64,000 bases of DNA, from contig CP068257.2 in the NCBI GenBank assembly GCA_009914755.4, positions 6,368,001-6,432,000 on the forward strand. The letters run 5' to 3'. Below, piece by piece: positions 56,601 through 64,000 of this stretch. The stretch's first letter is position 1. The number at the start of each line of letters is the position of its first letter. The notes under the pieces are model-generated. The model ran no database searches. It had not been told where the DNA came from and saw only the letters and a list, made by a program, of their open reading frames with translations. The stretch comes from the human T2T-CHM13v2.0 reference genome, Homo sapiens. The translations under genes were made by a program, and so were the position numbers.

Positions 56601-57449
56601 ATGGAATGGATTAGAATGGACTAGAATGGAATTCAATGCACTCGAAAGGAATGCAATGGAATGCAAATGAATGGAATCAAATGGAATGCAAGGGAATTGA
56701 CTAGAATGGAATTGTTTGGAGAGGCCACGAATGGTAAGGGTGGAATGGAATGCACAGGAATTGAATGGAAAGGAATGGATTGAGCTTAAATGGAATGGAA
56801 TGGAATGGATTGGACTGGAATTGAATGGAATGGATTCAAATGGAATAGCATGGAATGGAATGGACATGAATGCAATCGAATGGAATGGATTCGAATGGAA
56901 TGGTATGGACTCGAACGGAATAGAGTGGTATGGACTTCAATGGAATGGAATGGAATGGAATGGAATCGAATAGAATGGAATGTAACGGAATGGAATGAAC
57001 TCGAATCCAAAGGTATGGAATGAAATGGACTCGAAATATTTCGAATGGAATGGAAAGGAATATATTGGAATGGAATGGAATCGAATGGAATGCATTCGAA
57101 TTGAAGAGAACTGAAAAGAATGGAAAGGAATGGAATGCAATGAAGTGGCCTCGAAGGGAATGGAATGGATTGGAAAGGACTCGAATGAAATGGAATGGAT
57201 TCGAATGGAATGGAATAGAATGGAATTGACTCGAGTACAATCGAATGGAATGGAATGGATTCTAATGGAATGGAATGGACCCAAATGGAATGGACCAGAA
57301 CCAAACGGAATGGAATGGAACAGAATGGAATGGAGTCGCATGGAATGTAAAGGAATGGACCCAAATGGAATGGAATGGAATGGAATGGAATGGAATGGAA
57401 TGGATTTCAATGTAATAGAATGAATGGAATGGAATGGACACGAAAGGAT

Positions 57450-60400
57450 TTGAATGGAATGGAATGGAATGGATTGGAGTGGAATGGAATGGAATAGAAT
57501 GGAATATAACGGAATGGAATGGAATGGAAAGGAATGGAATCAACTGGAATGGAATTGAATGGAATGGAATGGAATGGTAGGGAATGCAATGGAATGGTAT
57601 GGAATGGAAGGGAATGGTAGCGAATGCAATGGAATGGAATGGAATCAACGCGAGTGGAATGGAATGGAATGGAATGGAGTGGAATTGAATCCACTGGAAT
57701 GGAATGGAATGGAATGGAATGAAACGGAAAGGAATTTAATGGAATGGAATGGAATCAACACGAGTGGAATTGAATGGAATGGAATGGAATGGAATAAACC
57801 CGAGTGGAGTGGAATGGAATGGAATGGAATGGAAAGGAATGGAATAGAATAGAATGGAATGGAATCAACCATAAGGGAATGGAATTGAAAGGAATCGAAT
57901 GGAATAGAATCGAATGGAATTGAATCAACCAGAGTGCAATGGAATGGAATGCAGTGGAATGAAACAGAATGAAATAGAATGGAATTGAATTAACATGAGG
58001 GGAATGGAATGGAATGGAAGGGAAAAGAATGGAACTTAATCATCTGGAGTGGAACGAATGGAATGGAATGGAATGGAATAGAAAGGAATTGAATCAGCCT
58101 GAGTGGAATGGAATGGAATGGAATGGAATAGAATGGAATGGAATGGAATGGAATGGAATGGATTGGAATGGAATGGAATAGAATTGTATTGAATTAACTG
58201 GAATGGAATGGAATGGAATGGATTGGAATGGAATGGAATAGAATGGAATTGAATTAACTGGAATGGAATGGAATGGAATGGAATGGAATGGAATGAAATG
58301 GAATGGAAAGGAATGGAATAGAATTGAATTGAATTAACTGGAATGGAATGGAACGGAATGGAATGGATTGGAATGGAATGGAATAGAATGGAATAGAATT
58401 AACTGGAATGGAATGAAATGGAATGGAATGGAATGGAATGGAATGGAATGAAATGAAATGGAATGGAATGGAATGGAATGGAATGAAATAAAATGGAATG
58501 GAATGAAATGGAATGGAAAGGAATTGAGTCAAGTATAATGGAATGGAAGGGAATGGAATGGAATGGAATGGAATGGAATCAACTGCTATGTAATGAAACG
58601 GATTGGAATGGAATGGAATGGAATAGAAAGGAATTGAATCAACCTGAGTGCAATGGAATGGAATGGAATGGAATTGCGTCAACTGAAATGGAATGGAATG
58701 GAAAGAAAAGGAATGGAATGGAATTGAATGGAAAGGAATGGAAAGGAATGGAATGGAATGGAATGGAAAGGAATTGAATCAACCTGAGTGGAATGGATTG
58801 GAATGGAATAGAATGGAATGGAATAGAATGGAATTGAATTGAGTCAACTGGAATGGAATGGAATGGAATGGAATGGAATGGAATGGAATGGAATTGCATC
58901 AACTGAAATGGAATGAAATGGAAAGGAAAGGAATGGAATGGAATTGAATGGAATGGAATGGAAAGGAATGGAATGGAATGGAATGGAATGGAATTGAATC
59001 AACCTGAGTGGAATGGATTGGAATGGAATAGAATGGAATGGAATGGAATGGAATTGAATTGAGTCAACTGGAATGGAATGGAATGTAACGGAATGGAAAG
59101 GAAAGGAATGGAATGGAATTGAATGGAATGGAATGGAAAGGAATGGAATGGAGTGGAATGGAAAGGAATGGAATTGAATGGAATGGAATCGAATGGAATC
59201 AACTGGAGTGGAATGGAGTGGAATGCAATGGAATGGAATAGAAGGAAAAGGTGGGGAATGTAATAGAATGTAATGGAATGAACCCCAATGGAATATAATG
59301 TAATGTAATGGAATGGAATGGAATGGAATTGAATGGAACGGAAAGGAGTGGAATTGAATCCACTGGAATGGAATGGAATGGAATGGTATGGAATGTAATG
59401 GAATCAACCCGAGTGGAATGGAATGGATTAGTCTGGAATGGAATTGAATGGATTGGAAAGGAATGGACTGGAATAGAATGGATTGGAATGGAATAAAATG
59501 GAAGTGAATCAACACGAGTGGAGTGGAAAGGAATGGAATGGAATGGATTGGAATGGAATAGAATAGAATGGAATTGAATCAACCCGAGTGGAATGGAATG
59601 GAATGGAATGGAATGGAATGGAATGGAAAGAAATGGAATGGAATGGAATGGAGTGGAATGGAATGGAAAGAAATGGAATGGAATGGAATGGAATCAACCC
59701 GATTGGAATGGAATGGAATGGCATGGCATGGAATGGAATGGAATGGAATAGAATGGAATTGAATCAACATGAGTGGAATGGAATGGAATGGAATAGAATG
59801 GAATTGAATCAACATGAGTGGAATGGAATGGAATGGAATAGAATGGAATTGAATCAACATGAGTGGAATGGAATGGAATGGAATGGATTCAACTGGAATG
59901 GAATGGAAAGGAATGAAACGGTATGGAAAGAAAGGAATTGAATAGAAAGGAAGGGAATGGAAAGGAATTTATTGGAAAGGAATGGAATGGAAAGGAATGG
60001 AATCAACTGAAAAGAAAGGAATGGAATGGAATGGAATGGAATGGAATGGTAGAGAATGCGAAGGAATGGTAGGGAATGGAATGGAACGATAGGGAATGGA
60101 ATGCAACGGAATGGAATCAACACGAGTTGTATGGAATGGAATGTAATGGAACGGAATGTAGTGGAACTGAATCCAGTGGAATGGAATGGAATTGAATGGA
60201 ATGGAATAGAATGGTATGGAATGTAATGGAGTCAAGCCGAGTGGAATGGAATGGATTGGTCTAGAATGGAAATGAATGGATTGTAAAGGAATGGAATGGA
60301 ATAGAATGGAATGGAACAGAATAAAACAGAATTGAATAAACACGAGTGGAGTGGAAAGGAATGAAATGGAATGGAATGGAATGGAACGAAATCGAATGGA

Positions 60401-63400
60401 ATGGAATGGAATCAACCCGATTGGAATGGAATGGAATGGAAACGAATGGAATGGAAACGAATGGAATGGAATCAATGGGAATGGAATGCAATGGATTGGA
60501 ATGGAATGGAATGGAATGGAATGAACCCGAGTGGGAAGGAGTGAAATGGAATGGAATGCAATGGACTGGAATGGAATGGAATGGAATGGATTGGAATGGA
60601 ATGGAATGGAATTGAATAAAAGAATTGAATCAACCTGAGTGCAATGGAATGGAATGGAAAGGAATGGAATGGAATGGAATGGAATAGAATGGAATTGAAT
60701 CAACCGGAATGGAATGCGGTGGAATGGAATGGAGAGGAGTCGAATGGAGTGGAATGGAATGGAAAGGAGTGGAATGGAATGGAATGGAATAGAATGGAAT
60801 TGAATCAACCGGAACGGAATGCAGTGGAATGGAATGGAATGGAATGGAATGGAATGGAATGGAATGGAATGGAATGGAATTGAGTGAACTCTAATGGAAT
60901 GAAGTGGAATGGAGGGGAATGGAATGGAATGGAATCAACACGAGTGGAATGGAATGGAATGGAACAGAATGGAGTGGAATGGAATTGAATCAACCCGAGT
61001 GGAATGGAATTGAATTGAATGGAAAGGAATGGAATTGAATAGAATGGAATTGAATCCACCAAATTGGAATGAAATGGAATGGAATGGAATGGAATGGAAT
61101 GGAATCAACTGGAATGGAAAGGAATGTAATTGACTCAACTGGAATGGAATGGAATGGAATGGAATAGAATGGAATTAAACCAACAGGAATGGAATGGATT
61201 GGAATGGAATAGTGTGGAAAGGAATGGAATTGAATCAACTGGAATGGAATGGAATGGAATGGAAATGGAATGGAATCAACCCGACGGGAATGGAATGGAA
61301 TGGAATGGAATAGAATGGAATTGAATTCACTGGAATGGAAAGGAATTCAATGGAATGAAATGGAATGGAATGGAATGAAATGAAATAGAATGGAATTGAG
61401 TCAACTGTATTGGAATGGGTTGTAATGGAATGGAATGGAATTGAGTCAACCCTAGTGGAATGAATGGAATGGAAAGGAATTGAAGGGAATGGAAATGAAT
61501 GGAATGGAATGGATTGGAATCAACTGGAATGCAATGAAATGGACTGCAATGGAATGGAATGGAATAGAAAGGAATTGAATCAACCTGAGGGGAATGGAAT
61601 GGAATGCAATGGAATGGAATGCAATGGAATGGAATGGAATGGAATAGAATGGAATTGAACGAACCAGAATGGAATGGAATCAACCCGACTGGAATGGAAT
61701 GAAATGGAATGGAATGGAATGGAATAGAATGGAATTGAATTAAGCGGAATGGAATGGAATGGAATGGAATGGAATTGAGTCAACTGGAATGGAATGGAAT
61801 GGAATGGAATTGAATGGAGAGGAAAGGATTGGAATGGCATTGAATGGAATGGAATGGAAAGGTATGGTATGGAATCGGATGGAATGGAATGGAATAGAAT
61901 AGAGTGGAATGGTAGGGAATGGAATAGAATGGAATGGAATCCAACCGAATGGAAGGGAATGTAATGTAATGGAATGGAATGGAATAGAGTGTAATTGAAT
62001 CCACTGGAATGGAATGGAATATAAAGGAAAGGAATGTAATGTAATTGAAAGGAATGTAATTGAATGGAATGGAATGGATTGGAAAGGAATGGAATCAACT
62101 GGAATGGAATGTAGTGGAATGGAACAGAATGGAATGGAATGGTACGAAATGCAATGAAATGGTATAGAATGGAATGGAATGGTAGGGAAAGGAGTGGAAT
62201 GGAATGGAATCAACACGAGTGGAATGGAAAGGAATGGAATGGAATAGAATGGAATCAATTGGAATGCAATGGAATGGAAATAAATCAACCGGAGTGGAAT
62301 GGAATGGAATGGAAGGGAACGGATTAGAATGGAATGAACTGTAAAGGTATGGAATGGAATGGCATGAAAAAGAATGGAATGTATGGGAAAGGAATCGAAT
62401 GGAATTGAATCAACCTGGGGGGATAGAATGGAATGGAATGGAATGGAATGGAATGGAATGGAATAGAATGGAATGGAAACAACGCGAGTGGAATGGAGTG
62501 GAATGGATTGGATTGGAATGGAATGGAATGCAATGGAATGGAATGGAATGGAATGGAATGGAATGCAATGGAATGGAATGGAATGGAATGCAATGGAATT
62601 CAAAAGAATGGAATGGAATGGAATGGAAAGGAATCTACCCAAATAGAATAGAATGGAATAGAATGCAATGGAATGGAAAGGAATAAATCCGAATAGAATG
62701 GAATGGAATAGAATCAACACTAGTTGAATAGAACGGAATGGAATAGAATGGAATGGAATGGAATGCAATGGAATGGAATGGAATGGAATGGAATGGAGAG
62801 GGGTGGAATGGAATAGAAATTTATTGAATCAAACCCAATGGAATGTATTGGGATGGAATGGAATGGAATGGAATGGAATGGGATAGAATGGAATCGAATA
62901 GAATAGAAAGGAATTGAATAAACCCGAGTTGATTGGAAAAAAATGAAATGGAATGGAAAGGAAAAAAATGGATTTGAATCAACCCGAGTGGAATGGTATG
63001 GAATGGAATGGAATAGAATGAAATGGAAACAACCCAAGTGGAAAGGAATGGAAGCGAATGAAATTGAATGGAACAGAATGGAATGTAATGGACTGGAATA
63101 GAATGGAATTTATCAACCCGAGTGGAAAGGAATGGAATGGAATGGAATGGAATGGAATGGAATGGAAGGAAATGGAATAGAATCAAGCCGAGTTGAATGC
63201 AATGGAATGCAATGGAATGGAATAGAATCAACCCGAGTGGAAAGTAATGGAATGGAATGGAAAGGAATGGAATGGAATGGATTCGAATAGAAGCAACACG
63301 AGTGGAATGGAATGGAATGGAATGGAATGAAATCAACCCAAGTGGATTGGAATGGAATGGAATGGGATGGAATGGAATCAAACCGAGTGGAGTGGAATGG

Positions 63401-64000
63401 AATGCAATGGAATGGAATCGAATGGAAAGGAATAGAATGGAATTGAATTAACCCAAGTTTAGTGGAATAGAATGGAATGATATGGATTGGAATAGAATGG
63501 ATTTGAATGGAATGGAATGGAAAGGAATGGAACTGAATCAGCCCAAGTGGAATGGAATGGAATGGAATGGAATTGAATGGAATTTAATGGAATGGAATCA
63601 ACCCCAGTGGAATGGAATGGGAAGGAATGGAATGGAATGGAATGGAATGGAATGGAATGGAATGGAATTGAATAGAGTGGGATGGAATAGAATGGAATGG
63701 AATCAACCAGAGTGGAATGGAATGGAATGCAATAGAATAGAATGGAATGGAATGTTAGGAATGCAATAGAATGGAATGGAATCAACTCGAGTGGAATGGA
63801 AAGGAATTGAGTGGAATGCAATAGAATTTAATGGAATCCACTAGAGTGGAATGGAATGGTATGGAAAGGAGTGAAATGCCATAGAACGGATTTGAATCAA
63901 CCCGAGTGGAGTGGAGTGGAATGGAATGGAATGGAATGGAATGGAATTCAATCAACCCGAGTGGAATGGAATGGAATGGAATGGAATGAAATGGAATGGA
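57450..64000. repeat. HSat3 of the classical type. (GGAAT)n runs are interrupted every 40-120 bp by the 10-bp element CAACCCGAGT (complement ACTCGGGTTG, i.e. the published A(T/C)TCGGGTTG motif). The array continues beyond the window end.
   Basis: Recurrent ggaattgaatcaacccgagtggaatggaatgg, with variants caacctgagtg, caacatgagtg, caacacgagtg and caaccggaatg. The GACTCGAATGG motif that dominates upstream is nearly absent here. Confidence 0.85.
59740..59890. repeat. Perfect 45-bp unit x3 (gaatcaacatgagtggaatggaatggaatggaatagaatggaatt) within classical HSat3
   Basis: Direct reading of 59761-59805, 59806-59850 and 59851-about 59885. Minus-strand ORF 59579-59860 shows the matching 15-aa repeat MLIQFHSIPFHSIPL x3. 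Confidence 0.9.

Larger units (their letters stand above)
15983..57450. repeat. Human Satellite III (HSat3) array. It is built on (GGAAT)n, read as (ATTCC)n on the other strand, and belongs to a diverged subfamily punctuated by GACTCGAATGG / GGACTCAAATGG motifs. It is in a single orientation, with GGAAT on the + strand.
   Basis: About 41 kb of continuous aatggaatggaatgg... with frequent ggactcgaatgg interruptions. The 5-bp period shows in the ORF track as recurring MEWNG (+) and IPFHS (-) pentapeptide repeats. No reverse-orientation (ccattccatt) blocks were seen. Confidence 0.9.

Noticed and set aside
16045-64000. Dozens of long ORFs on both strands inside the satellite, up to 529 aa (e.g. 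22317-23906 -, 40710-42026 -, 34547-35680 -). They are made of MEWNG (+) or IPFHS/FHSIP (-) pentapeptide repeats.
   Set aside because: A 5-bp DNA repeat has a 15-bp period in any reading frame, which gives 5-aa repeats. GGAAT, ATGGA and the like lack stop codons in several frames, so long ORFs are expected by chance. They have no start-context, codon-usage or conservation support. This is human satellite DNA, not coding sequence.
15983-64000. Whether the regular periodic array could be a CRISPR array or a prokaryotic repeat system
   Set aside because: The unit is 5 bp, with larger HOR periods of 45 bp, about 0.9 kb and about 1.7 kb. There are no conserved direct repeats of 24-48 bp alternating with unique spacers. 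The flank is full of Alu SINEs, so this is primate satellite DNA.
15983-64000. Classification as HSATII (HSat2) or as telomere-like repeat
   Set aside because: HSat2 is dominated by diverged CATTCGATTCCATTCGATGAT-type units with frequent GATGAT/ATCATC, which are rare here. Long pure (GGAAT)n runs and the CAACCCGAGT element fit HSat3. There are no TTAGGG units, so it is not telomeric.

Overview
This window is primate, almost certainly human, genomic DNA. It is not a prokaryotic or phage locus. It spans the boundary between unique-sequence DNA and a pericentromeric satellite block. Positions 1-15,980 are unique, moderately AT-rich sequence carrying at least 14 Alu elements or fragments on both strands. 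They also contain a MIR element, a short U2 snRNA-derived pseudogene fragment and several microsatellites: (CAAA)n, (TAAA)n, (GA)n and (TA)n. One strong CpG island lies at about 3.73-4.96 kb. It looks like a gene promoter or first exon, possibly bidirectional, but I cannot name the gene from sequence alone. At about position 15,983 the sequence switches abruptly into an uninterrupted array of (GGAAT)n-based Human Satellite III (HSat3) of more than 48 kb, all in one orientation, running to the end of the window. I saw no transposon insertions inside it. Within the array I can see three levels of structure. There is a roughly 0.9 kb higher-order repeat (HOR) near 23.6-25.5 kb. There is a roughly 1.7-2.0 kb HOR near 41-47.6 kb. 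At about 57.45 kb the subfamily changes, from a GACTCGAATGG-punctuated type to the classical type carrying the 10-bp CAACCCGAGT (ATTCGGGTTG) element, and this part includes a perfect 45-bp x3 sub-array. Every long ORF in the six-frame track that falls in the satellite (MEWNG... on +, IPFHS... on -) is a periodicity artefact and is not called as CDS. No ORF in the window has support as a protein-coding gene. I found no evidence for the suggested undescribed biological system. The interesting biology here is the heterochromatin boundary, the satellite HOR architecture and the promoter-like CpG island 11 kb from the satellite edge.
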